Shown here one piece after another: positions 49,583 through 60,724 of a stretch of DNA of 64,000 nt. Numbering within the stretch: the stretch's first letter is position 1; every line of letters begins with the position of its first letter. The notes under the pieces were generated by a model, which saw only the letters and a program-made list of their open reading frames with translations, made no database searches and was not told where the DNA came from. The DNA lies in NCBI RefSeq assembly GCF_000143415.4, contig NW_003314326.1, forward strand, positions 372,001 to 436,000, written 5' to 3'. The translations under genes were made by a program, and so were the position numbers. The stretch comes from Selaginella moellendorffii (lineage: Eukaryota > Plantae > Lycopodiophyta).

Positions 49583-50362
49583 ATGAGGATCCCATTCCTC
49601 CTCTCCATCGCAATTGCTGCCATCGCCATTGCTGCTCGAGGAGCTCTGGGAGAATCCGGCAACTTCAACATCACCGAGGAGCTGGCCACCAATCCAAAGT
49701 ACTCCGACTTCAACACCGTCCTCTCCAAATCCGGCCTCGCCGACACCATCAACGCCATGAACTCCCTCACAGTCTGCGTCCTCACGAACTCCCAGATGGC
49801 CACCCTCCGCTCCACACTCTCCCACGCCGATTCTTCCGACCCCAAGAAGGTGGCCGCGCTCGTCCGCCCCATGATCCTCCTCACCTTCATCGATCCCACC
49901 AATCCCAACACCGCCAGGAGCATCCGCGGCAGCCAGCAAGTAGCGTCGCTCTACCAGGCCGCCGGAGCCGCCAGCACGGACCAAGGAATCGCCAACCTCA
50001 CCACCACTCGCAAGGGATCTCTCCAGATCGTCGCCGCCGGGGGTTCCAACGCCACCATCACCAAGAGCGTCAAGCTCATCGCCTACAACCTCAGCATTGT
50101 CGAGGTGAGCAATCCTCTCCTCCCTACCGGTGTTCTTGGCTCCGACCAGAACGCTCCTGTTGTCTCGGTAGTCCCGTCACCCCCGCCAGTGAAAGCTCCC
50201 GCAAAGTCGCCACCCAGTGCCGCCGAGGATTCGTCTTCCACTCCGGACGAGAGCGACGATCAAGCTGACAAGACACCAATCAAATCCGCAGCTGCTCGAG
50301 CTTCTCGGCTCGGATTGGTGGCCTGGCCGCTGCTCCTGCTTCTTGCTGCTCGGAAACTCTAG
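49583..50362 (+). CDS. Fasciclin-like arabinogalactan protein (signal peptide, FAS1, Pro/Ser/Ala linker, GPI signal)
   Basis: MRIPFLLSIAIAAIAIAARG signal; NITEEL...YSDFNTVLSKSGLADTIN...LTVCVLTN; YNLSIVEVSNPLLP (H2 motif); hydrophobic C-terminus. A (GA)n tract lies in the 5' region. Confidence 0.88.
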   Translation: MRIPFLLSIAIAAIAIAARGALGESGNFNITEELATNPKYSDFNTVLSKSGLADTINAMNSLTVCVLTNSQMATLRSTLSHADSSDPKKVAALVRPMILLTFIDPTNPNTARSIRGSQQVASLYQAAGAASTDQGIANLTTTRKGSLQIVAAGGSNATITKSVKLIAYNLSIVEVSNPLLPTGVLGSDQNAPVVSVVPSPPPVKAPAKSPPSAAEDSSSTPDESDDQADKTPIKSAAARASRLGLVAWPLLLLLAARKL

Positions 50363-50404
50363 CCTCCTTGCAAATTATCCATGGATCTTCCAGATCTAAA
50401 AAGC

Positions 50405-52249
50405 TTATACCACGCTCTTTATCCTGGCTTTCCTCCGCAGTCGGTTCCTCCTGAGGATCTCCCTCCGACGCTTTCTTTCTTCCATCCTCGCAGCGATTTC
50501 GAGCTTCTTTTCTTCTTCCTCCGGTTGGAATGGCCGAGGCTGCTGGAACTGTTTTGGGATTGGCATTATCTCCGATCTCGTCTGTGCAACTTCCAGCGGG
50601 TGCCTCGCGAGTGAGAATGGCATGTTTGGAACGTCGGTGTCCAGCCAAGTAGCCAGATCTACGTGTTTAGGCAGTAACTTCTTACGCAAAACACCGTAGA
50701 CGTCTTCCACAACCTTGGGTCTTAACACCACCTCGGTTTTGCGTTGCTGGTCTTGGCTCCTGGGATCGTCAAGGCCTTCACGAAAATTCCCTGACCCATC
50801 GACAAATCCAGAGCGAGCCAGGAGATCCATTACGCTCGCGTAGTCCGGAGTGATTCCATAGCTCTCAACCATGATGAGCAGCTGCTCACGAGCATCATCC
50901 AGTTTTCCTTCTCGACAGCAGCCAAACACCAGCGCTCTGAAACTCTCGGCATTCGGAGCTGTGCCATCGAGCTGCATTGTCCTGAAGAGCCTCAAGGCTT
51001 CACAGCTATGCCCGTTAGAGGCATACGCAGCAACGATCGCAGACCAGGGAAGAACTCCAAGACCGTCCTTGCTCGAAACCATCATCTTGTCGAAACACTT
51101 TCGAGCGCTTTCCAAGCATCCACAGCTCCCATACAAGTTCACCAATCCAGCCCCGATCTTTCCATGAGCTTGAAAAACCTCTGGCATCCTCGAGTGCACG
51201 CGTCGTCCAACCTGGAGCTTTCGAGCGCTGGCACAAGCCTCCAACACGACTATGTAAGTGATGGGAAAGAAAACCATTTCCTTCGAGCGTTGGAAGATCT
51301 TGAGAGCATCTTTGTGACGGCCATTGGCAGCGTAGACAGCCACCAGCAGCGTCTTCGTGAGCTTGCTCTCAATCTGGTCCTTCTCCGAGTAGCTCAAAAA
51401 GAGTTTCCTAGCCCTCGAAACACTCCCGCAGAAACCATACATGCAAAGGAGTGAGTTCTTCACTTTCCAGTGGCTCTCGAGGCCGGACTCCACGATATGA
51501 GAGTGCAAAGCTCGCCCCTCCGCGAGACTCTTCAAGTGGATGCAAGCGTCCAGAGCTGTGATGAATCCAATCCTCACAGGCTTCATCCCATCACACAGCA
51601 TTCCCTTGTAGAGATCCAGCGACTCCTTGAAACAGCCCTCGTTGGAATGAAGCGCGATCATCCCAGTCCACGACACAACATCCCGGCAAGGCATCTGGAA
51701 GAAGATCTGTCTAGCCCGGCCAAGATGCCCATTGTGGGCATATGCGATGATCATCAAGATCGAAGAGAAAGCGTTCCTGTTCGCGCCCAGAGCATCAAAC
51801 ACCGACCTTGCATCCTCCACGGCCCCGCATTTCCCATAGAGCTTGATAAGAAGATTGCCCAAGAAGACGCTGTCGCCCAAGCCCCTCTTGACGATCCTCT
51901 CGTGCATCCACTTGCCCGTGGACAATGCCCCTGGCTCCAAGCAGCTCAGGAGAATCGTGGCATACTTCTCCTCGCGCCGGCTCCTCCGGCGGCGATCCAG
52001 CCGCGACTCCTCTCTCGCCGCGCGCGAGGAAGAAACCCGCTGCGTCCTGTCCCCGCCGTGGATCCCTATCCTGTCCCGCCAATCCATGATCATCTGGGCG
52101 TACGCCGCCCATCGCGATCCCTCCATCCGCCGAGAGACATAGCTCAGGAAGCTCCCGGGCAGGTCCCCCATTTGCCTCCCTGCGTATCTTCCGAAAGGCA
52201 TCGTCTTCATCGCTGCCCCCGGCCGCAGCCGCCATGCCTGGCGACCCAT
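50405..52249 (-). CDS. PLS-class PPR protein with atypical N-terminal (MPFGRYxG) and basic C-terminal extensions
   Basis: 614-aa intact ORF with PLS motifs (LYGKCGAVEDARSVFD; DVVSWTGMI; WSAIVAAYASNGH). No E/DYW domain. Confidence 0.88.
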   Translation of the reverse strand: MGRQAWRLRPGAAMKTMPFGRYAGRQMGDLPGSFLSYVSRRMEGSRWAAYAQMIMDWRDRIGIHGGDRTQRVSSSRAAREESRLDRRRRSRREEKYATILLSCLEPGALSTGKWMHERIVKRGLGDSVFLGNLLIKLYGKCGAVEDARSVFDALGANRNAFSSILMIIAYAHNGHLGRARQIFFQMPCRDVVSWTGMIALHSNEGCFKESLDLYKGMLCDGMKPVRIGFITALDACIHLKSLAEGRALHSHIVESGLESHWKVKNSLLCMYGFCGSVSRARKLFLSYSEKDQIESKLTKTLLVAVYAANGRHKDALKIFQRSKEMVFFPITYIVVLEACASARKLQVGRRVHSRMPEVFQAHGKIGAGLVNLYGSCGCLESARKCFDKMMVSSKDGLGVLPWSAIVAAYASNGHSCEALRLFRTMQLDGTAPNAESFRALVFGCCREGKLDDAREQLLIMVESYGITPDYASVMDLLARSGFVDGSGNFREGLDDPRSQDQQRKTEVVLRPKVVEDVYGVLRKKLLPKHVDLATWLDTDVPNMPFSLARHPLEVAQTRSEIMPIPKQFQQPRPFQPEEEEKKLEIAARMEERKRRREILRRNRLRRKARIKSVV

Positions 52250-52461
52250 TCTCCTCCATAGCCAAGCGCTTTGACCCTAGAATCTAGATTGAATTTATGC
52301 TTTATAGTTGACTACGTTAATCTCAAACATTATCTGGTCACCCCAGAGTGGAACAGCTGGGATCTCTGGGATCTCTTGGATTCGGAGTAAAGAACTGTGA
52401 TTGGTTTGCTATGCTCAGCAGCGTTCCTTCCATTAGAAACAAAACTACTTCCCCAAGCCTC

Positions 52462-55295
52462 CTATTCTTCAACTCTATCTATGACTGCTCTGCCAAATCG
52501 ATCATAACCGAGTGCTGCTGCCTCTGAGATGTAGCCTTCTCTGAAAAACGGCCATAGAGAGCTCTCAGTATCTGGGATGAATTTGCTCACAAAACTCGAA
52601 AGGAACTCATCTGCATTGAAATCCTCGTCGTCACCATCGTTGTCACCAGGGCCTCCAACGTACTGGACCATCCCCATGTCGATGCAAAACACCTGAGCGT
52701 GGCCTCCCACAACGAATTCGATGTCAGCTCCATTGAAGCCGCCCTTGAAGTGCATCCTGGCAAGAAGGCGAGCTTCGTCGGTGACGACTTTAGAAAGGTC
52801 CAGCTCCTGCTCGAGACCAAAAACCTGGTTGTTCTTCACCAAAAGCTCCGGTCTTTCAAAAAACGTTTTACTATCCAGCTCCTCCAGCCATCTCAACCGC
52901 AGATCCCACGGCACTTTTGGCCTGCCGTCCCATTCTCCTGGAAAGTATAAGCTTCTCAAACGTTCCTCCAAGTTATCATCCATCATGACTCTTTCCTGTA
53001 GGATGCACGGACCTCCAATGTTGAATGGACCATCTTCAAGTAATCCGAAGCACAAAGCTTACGCGATTCCTGGAGAAATTCGACCTCCATCTCTGCTTGT
53101 TCCTGGGAACAGTTCACAGTCTTCTTGATCACTTTAAGAACTCTATCGGTTGTTGTCTGATAGAACACCATTCCATACTGGCCGGAGGATAGAGACACGA
53201 GATCAATGCCATTCCTGTAAAGAAAATTTTAGCATCTCAGAATCTTAAAATCAATTATATACTTACGTCCTCGCCCTGTAATCATCGTTTCCATCAATTG
53301 GAAAGTCCCATGTTGAAAGCATGCGTTCCATCAAATTCTCAAGTGTGGCTCTCTCTTCTGATTGTTCTCCAACTTCACTTTCCAATGCGGTTCTAAGTTT
53401 TTGATAGAATAGAAAAGCCGGTTGACTAAGCGACATCCAAAGATCTTGCACATCTCTATCATTGCCATTTTCCTGAAAACAATGAAAACAATAGTCAATA
53501 GCTTTCCAGAAGCTTTTGAAACCAGACTTACCTCCATGAATTTTACGGCTGCCGCAAAAAAAACACTTTCATGGCATACGAAGGTAGCAAAGGATTCGTT
53601 GGTGTCGACTTTTTTGAGGCATGAGACGCTTAAATACCTCCCAACCATCACAACTTTTCTCACCAAAGTGACGAAAGTCTTATCAATGGAAATCAAAAAT
53701 TCAATACGTAAACTAAACAATCAATCAACTCACCAGTGTTGTAATAAAGCTTTCCAGCTCGAGCATTGCAGCCAGTAAGGCATCGGGGATGGATCCTGTG
53801 TTGAAGCGCCATACGGAAAACACAAGCCTTGATAGCATGGCGCGCACGAAGCAAAGACGAATCTGAAAGCAGCAGCAGCTCAGAAGCTCTTCTAGACTCT
53901 TGGTGCTCAAAGCCAGCAGCAAGCATAAAATACATTGAAGACGTTTCTATGCGGCCAAAGAAGTCGAAGAACTGTCGAACATTCCATAACGCAGGCTTCG
54001 ATGACGCTAAAATTTCTTGAAGCAAATCCACGGGCCTCTTTATGACGATTACGATTGCCACCTGAGAAGTAAGTAGGACTGCTCTCCTTGCTGAAAGAAG
54101 ATGTTGAGTGTGAACTTCTGGAAGCGACCACAGAGCTCGTGCCGCAGCAACTTGTCCCAAGTCCAAGTCCCTTAGAAAACTCGCCGATGCCATACGGAGT
54201 TCATCTACAGGAGGCAGGATGTCCGCAAAAGCAAGCACTTCCTCGTCGACCTGAAAGCTTGCCCCCTGATACCGTACTACGAGACGAGAAGTAGACGCTA
54301 GGAACAGCACTCCAGCTGAGTAGTAACCATCCTTCGCAATAATCTGTGGATATCCTGTGCATATAAAGCCATCTGATCGCCAAGCAACCGTCTCCACAAT
54401 CCTGAAATCGCTGCTCACGTAGACTTGGTTCCCGTTGCACAAAACTGCCACCAAAACTTTATCCGAAGATGCTGCTACACGCGAGAGCGGAGTGATGGAG
54501 ATGGCATCTGTGACAACAACCTCGCCAACGTCCTAGCAGCTATGAAGGTCAATCGCTGTTCTTCTTCTCCGACCGCGAGTATAACAGGTGCCTCTCTTCG
54601 TCATAACATAGCTGCAGAACCAGCGTCCTTCGCCTGCAATGAGCTCTTTTAAACACTTGGAGAAGAATTTCAAAAACGAAATACCTGACGAAGGAGAAGA
54701 ATCCACCAGTAAGTCTCTGGAAGTAAGCTTCCGTCAGCTTGTAAAATGACCATCAAGACCACCCAGAAAAATTCCCTGCCAGGATGCTTCAATACAGGTA
54801 ACCAGAACATTTCCTGTGGGTATTGATGACACTTTTACAAGCTCAAGTGAAAGTAGAATCACCTGGAAATAAAAAACATTGCCAATCACTAACAATTTTA
54901 TTCTAGCACTAGAACTTACCTCCGTGGAGGATGCCAAGACTATATTCTGCTCTTTAGCTCCCACAGCCCTCCATTCATCACCAGGTTGGCATGGATACCG
55001 CAGCAGTTTACCATCCCTGCAAGAGAAAAAACGTAGTTAGTTTTTGTTTTTCAAAAATACTACATCTGACCCTTCAATCCTCCACAGAAAAAAAGAGCTC
55101 TCCGATATTGCCCACGCCCTTGCGATCAAGGGAAGGAAACCACAAGAATGTATTCCTCCAGTCCTTACGTCCTCTGGAATGGAGCTTGCCGTGATCGAAG
55201 TAAAATGATCCATCTCCATCCCCAAGTCCCGCAATGAGTAGGGAGATCTTGAGTTCCTGAGGGTTGCTAAGCAACAGCTAGGTGTTGGATCTCAT
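52462..55295 (-). pseudogene. Divergent Nup155/Nup170-derived gene fused to a DUF3669-like kinase-fold domain (several frameshifts/stops)
   Basis: Six GT-AG introns of 51-59 nt (55070-55017, 54919-54863, 54684-54634, 53733-53679, 53531-53473, 53266-53215). They link Nup155-like segments (CGFLPLIARAWAISESSFFLWR; IFLGGLDGH; YDEERHLLYSR; TQHLLSARR...KRPVDLLQEIL...FFDFFGRIETSSMYFMLAA) to SSGQYGMV...VLKV...LARMHFKGGFNGADIEFVV...IDMGMV...LWPFFREGY. Confidence 0.72.
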
Positions 55296-55538
55296 GGCTG
55301 CAGCAGGAGCGATGCTAGTAAGACTGGTATGGAGTGGTATGCCTTTTAGATTTTGCCCCAAATCGATTATCCTTTCAGGTATCATCACAACTGTTGAAAC
55401 ACGACTCTCTCCGTCGAATCGTCTCGACTTAGACGACCTTGTTTTATCAGCGATTCGAAGATGTTTGATGTTTCCAACCTTCGTTTTTCCTGCTCTGGAA
55501 GGGATCACAAGCTTGATCAATCGACAGCGAGGTACCTC

Positions 55539-56220
55539 ATGCGCTATCCCGGCATTCGAGAGCCGAGTACGAACCTGAATATGTTGCGAGTAAGCTTTGC
55601 ATTTGCTCGTGCCTCAATCGATGGATTTGTTTGTTGTTGGCGATTCAGGAGCAACGAACACACGAAGCTCAACCTCGAGAAGCTCCAAGCTTTGGATGAC
55701 AGCAACAGGTACTTCGATCAATCGGCAGCAACAGTGATCACAAGGTACCTCCAGTTCTTAAGGTCCTTCACTTTCTTTATCGGTCTTCAATGCTGTAGAA
55801 GTTTGCACTGTTTTTTGTTTTCAGCAGGGGTGATTCGAGAGGGAAAAAAGGAGCAGCGCAAGATCACGCCGAAGGTCAGTGATGCTGCTTGTCTTCAAGG
55901 CCTCGAATGTGGACATGAATTCGTATGAACAGGTAGCGCTGTTAACGAAATTCCTTTCCTCTGTTTTATGCTAGTTTCACAGAATGGAGCTGGGTTAATT
56001 ACAGCTAAGCTGGATTACTCAATAAGCGAAATGGATGGTAAGTTGCTGATTAGCTAGAGGGTTTTACAGGCAATTGACAGGGACGGTGATGTATATGGAA
56101 GCCTATTGGAACAGGTATGAGCTTTGAGAGGAATGTGCATTGTTTTCTCATTTCTTTCTTTTTCTAGGCCGCGGCTGTGCTCAGCATTCACAAGAATTTC
56201 GATCGAGAGGGCAACTCGAG
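55539..56220 (+). CDS. Small multi-exon gene or pseudogene of unknown function
   Basis: Several short GT-AG-bounded segments with protein-like translation (SNEHTKLNLEKLQALDDSNRYFDQSAATVIT; AIDRDGDVYGSLLEQ). No family recognised and the exact model is uncertain. Confidence 0.35.
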
Positions 56221-56411
56221 GTTTCTCTCCTTTTTTTTTTCTCGTCCTAGCTCTGATTGTTCTTGTTTGTCAACCACGAACTTCGGCCAACCAGACCTAA
56301 GTTCAGTAAGTCAGCTTCTCCCTTTTAGCCATTAGATATTTGCCATCCGACGGCTAGAAATGCCCTAAGTTTTGAAAGGGGGATTTCAGCCCTAAATCCC
56401 CGAGGGAGACG

Positions 56412-57516
56412 ATGGACAAGCGACGCAACGCCGCCGATTCAAGACTGGAGATTTACGGTGAGCTAGGAATGAAGCGCGATGAGCGCCTCACTCTCGACTT
56501 CGTGGGTCACACGTTCGTGGTTATGGACACGCACGAGGACAAGATCCTGTTCGTCCGCGACCGCATTCGCGAACGCTTCCACAGTTATGTCATCTTTTGT
56601 AACACAGCTGATTCGGTGGCGCTCGTCTCCAGCGCCCTCCTCTCTCCAGCGAATGACATGAAATACAATCCTTTCGACACCTTTCTTGCCGGTGACGAGT
56701 ACAAGTTTCGTCGGAGACCGCGAGCGCTGGTTACAAACAGCGATCTCAGGTAGACAAAATTGAATTTTTGTGACTCTTACGTTTGTTTCTCTCAGGGACG
56801 AGCGGCTGTTTGATGATCTCGACGGGAATCTGGTGGTAAACTATGACATCCCAGACGATCTGGCGACGTATTACTACCGTGCTGCAAGAGTTCATCACGA
56901 CTGTCGCTCCAAAGCAGTTGTTAATCTTGTTTTCAAAGAAGAGTTGCACAAGCTGATGCGTCACGAGGAGCTGCTGCGGCTGGAGATCTTGCCTAGCCGT
57001 CTTATCAATGTTCACATCGACTGGGAGTACGTATTTGTATAAACCTCTTTCTTCTCTTTGTTCTTGACAAGCTTTTGCTCGATCGCGTAGTGATCCACCA
57101 TTAGAAAGAGGCTCACTTACACAGCTCCAAGTCGCGGCTGGACGAGTGAGCATGGATGAATATCGCAGGTTTGACGAAACAAGGGGGTAAGAAAGTAAAA
57201 TCTTTTCAAGTAAAGAAACTCAACCTCTTGGTCTCAGGGAAGAAAGACCCAGGCGGACGGATGCGGCGGGAAGGCAAGCATTAATACTTTTCGTGTCTCT
57301 GACTGTTTTTTCTATCTCAGGGTCTCCTTGAAGGTGCCATGGTTTCACATCGAGGATCTAATCAAGCAGCCAAAAGCACGAAGCAAGAAAGTTATCGAGC
57401 CCCCAAAGCGAGAAAGCAAGAAAAGAAAGGCAGTGGACACTACTATCGAGCCCCCAAAGCGTTCTCGTTTGTTGCATAGTCTCTTGGCATGGTTTGGTTA
57501 TCCCGACTGTATATAA
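56412..57516 (+). CDS. Stand-alone eIF4A/eIF4A-III-like helicase C-terminal (RecA2) domain protein, copy A, 5 exons
   Basis: MKRDERLTLD...YVIFCNT...RALVT...LVVNYDIP...YYYRAAR...VVNLV parallels eIF4A-III VKRDELTLE...AVIFCNT...RVLIT...LVINYDLP...YIHRIGR...AINFV. Four introns splice in frame and the tail is Lys/Arg-rich. Confidence 0.78.
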
Positions 57517-57885
57517 AGTGATCTTTTCCGTGATCGATGAAACTTTTAAAAGTTTCTTGTGGTTCATGGAAAAGATCTTCAGGCAAAGAAAGGTGAGATC
57601 TTTCCTAAATTCTTATAGCTCGAGCTAAACTTCTTAATTTTGCATAGGAGATTCATTGCTCTAATCCTTCAATTCTAGTATTTCCTGATGTCAGGATGTA
57701 TGAGAGAAGCACAATACGCTTACGAAGTGTTTGCTGCGTTGAATCCTTGCAAGTCAAAAATCCTAAGGATTCGATTCCACCAGGAGGAAGATTTTGTAGA
57801 GCCTTTTCGACTAGATGCACTGAGTTTTAAAAACCCCTAGATCATTATGACTATGCCCTAAGTTTTGAAACGGGGATTTCAGACG

Positions 57886-58978
57886 ATGGACAAGCGACGC
57901 ACCGCCGCGGATTCAAGGCTTGAGATTTACGGTGAGCTAGGAATGAAGCGCGATGAGCGCCTCACTCTCGACTTCGTGGGTCACACGTTCGTGGTTATGG
58001 ACACGCACGAGGAGAAGATCCTGTACGTCCGCGACCGCATTCGCGAACGCTTCCACAGCTATGTCATCTTTTGTAACACCGCTGACTCGGTGGCACTCGT
58101 CTCCAGCGCTCTCCTCTCTCCAGCGAATGACATGAAATACAATCCTTTCGACACTTTTCTTGCCGGTGACGAGTACAAGTTTCCTCGGAGACCGCGAGCG
58201 CTGGTTACAAACAGCGATCTCAGGTAGAAAAAATTGAATTTTTGTCACTCTTACGTTTGTCTCTCTCAGGGACGAGCGGCTGTTTGATGATCTCAGAGGG
58301 AATCTGGTGGTAAACTATGACGTCCCAGACGATCTAGCGACGTATTACTACCGTGCTGCAAGAGTTCATAACCGCTGTTCCTCCAAAGCAGTTGTTAATC
58401 TTGTATTCAAGGAGGAGCTGCAAAAGCTGATGCGTTACGAGGAGCTGCTGCGGCTGGAGATCTTGCCTAGCCGTCTTATCAAGCTTCACATCTACTGGGA
58501 GTACGTATTTTTACAGTCCTCTTTCTTCTCTTTGTTCTTGACAGGTTTTTGTAGTGATCCACCCTTGGAAAAAGGCTCACTTACACAGCTTCAAGTCGCG
58601 GCTGGACGAGTGAGCATGGATGAGTATCGCAGGTTTGACGAAACAAGAGGGTAAGAATGTAAAATCTTTTCGAGTGTAGAAACTCACCCTGTGGGTCTCA
58701 GGGAAGAAAGACGTAGGGAGAAGGCTCAGCGGATGGAGGGAAGGCAAGCATTAATACTTTTCGTGTCTCTGACTGTGTTTCTCTATCTCAGGGTCTCCTT
58801 GAAGTTGCCATGGTCTGACATCGAGAATCTAATCGTGCAGCCAAAGGCACGAAGCAAGAAAGTGGACACTATCGAGCCCCCGAAGCGAGGAAGCAAGAAA
58901 AGAAAGGCAGTGGACACTATCGAGCCGCCAAAGCGTCCTCGTTTGTTGCATAGTTTTTTGTCATGGTTTGGACTGTAA
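57886..58978 (+). CDS. Stand-alone eIF4A-like RecA2 domain protein, copy B (tandem duplicate)
   Basis: Near-identical exon 1 and the same intron positions as copy A, offset 1474 bp. The spliced frame is open to TAA 58978. Confidence 0.78.
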
Positions 58979-59293
58979 AAGAGGAACGTACACCTCACTG
59001 TATATTTCCATGATCCAGGGGAACTTTTAAAAGTTCTTAATGTGAAAAAGAATCATCTTTCCCAAATTTTCTTATAGTCAATATGCTCGAGCTAAACTTC
59101 TTTGCATAAGCATTCATATATTCAACTTGCCACCATCTAGTGCTCCCTTCAATCCTAAGATGATTGAAAGAACTACTATTTCCTGAAGTTGAGAGGGACT
59201 GTGTCCGGGGTAAAGTAGTCTCTATGAGGTGTACGAAAGTACAAATCCTACGCAAGGTCGACTAGCTCTTTGTGGATCGAGAAGCTAATGCTG

Positions 59294-59400
59294 CTAGGCG
59301 AGTAAAGGCTTGACAAGCATCCAGACCGGTTGGAAAATAAATGGTGCATTAACAAATAGCATTTTTGCTATCAGGTAGTAACAGTAAAAGATGTCAATCT
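59294..59400 (-). pseudogene. CRAL-TRIO/SEC14 gene fragment
   Basis: YYLIAKMLFVNAPFIFQPVWMLVKPLL resembles the SEC14 C-terminal motif. The remainder is degraded. Confidence 0.6.
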
Positions 59401-60724
59401 TGCATGAAGAGCAAGATCTTCCCTCTCTTCCTCCTTGAGCACTCAAATGTGGAGGGAGGACCAAACTGGAAGTAAAACTATCAACATGGTGCTCATAGTG
59501 GTTGTATAGGAAAATCCTCACCCACGACTAGCCATGTTGCAGCCGTGCTGCTGCCCGCGATTGGGATGTGAATATTCACGTGATGACGGTCCTGAGGATG
59601 GAGTTTGCTGCGTATCACTTGTCCGGAGGTGGTGTGGCGAAACCACCACAACTATTATCATGACGTTTCCTCAGAAATTAGCTGTAATGCAAAGGGTCTG
59701 ACTGCCCAGAATTCAGCCAAGAGCCAGGCATGCTACGAGCAACACATAAGGAATTCGATGTACTTAGCAGCTGCACTGTCTTTGTATGTCGCGAGTGATC
59801 TCTCCGAAAAAGGCAGTGGGTCTGTAGCGAGTTTTACGGTCAGTCGGTCATCACCTCTCTCTGTTGTAGAAAAATGAGGTGATAGCGAATTGCATTTCTA
59901 ATCGCACCAGATTGGAGATGCCTGCATCGAACCACTAGACTCCAAGTTTGAAGCCACACCTGAATAAACTCATCTCCAATTCCAAGCTTTATGATCCGGT
60001 TGATTCATGCGCATATGTCCTCGGAATCCTGCTCGATCGGACCAACCCATCACTCCAACATCGATTGGCATAGTGTTGCATTGCGACATCCCAAAGATGT
60101 TCAAATTTAATGTGTGGCACCACTGATGTTCTGTTAGATAATGTGACCATCATCGTCATAGCGTTATATAAATTCTTCAAATGAGAGTTCTACAATGTTG
60201 GAGGTGGTTTTAAGGTTCCCAAGCATGAACCACATCTACTTGGTGATAGATTAACTCATGGTGGCAGTGTAGCTTGTAGATTTTGTTCTTGGTTTCTAGT
60301 TCCATGTCCTATGTTTCATAATTTTCTTGGAATTATGTGATTGTGTATTTTTGCAGAGAGAGCTCTATATAGCACTTTGTAGAGCTGCTCAAAATCCCAT
60401 GGCTCGATCAACACCTAGTTTATAGAGTGTTTAAGAATATCGAAAGCTAAATTACATTTAATTATATTGGTAAAAGTCAAAATTTTAAAACCTTATGATT
60501 ATATTATAATTTTCAAAAGCAAAACTAGTGGATATATGGATATTCTAGGATATTTTACTATCTAATAGTTGTTATTTATATAGGTTAATTTTGTATTTAT
60601 AATTTATAAATTCCCTAGTATATTCTTGTTCATTTGTTGATGAATCTTAATTTATAAATTATAAATATTTTTATAATTATTAATCAATTAGATTATACAA
60701 TAATACTAAACAAGAATAACACTA

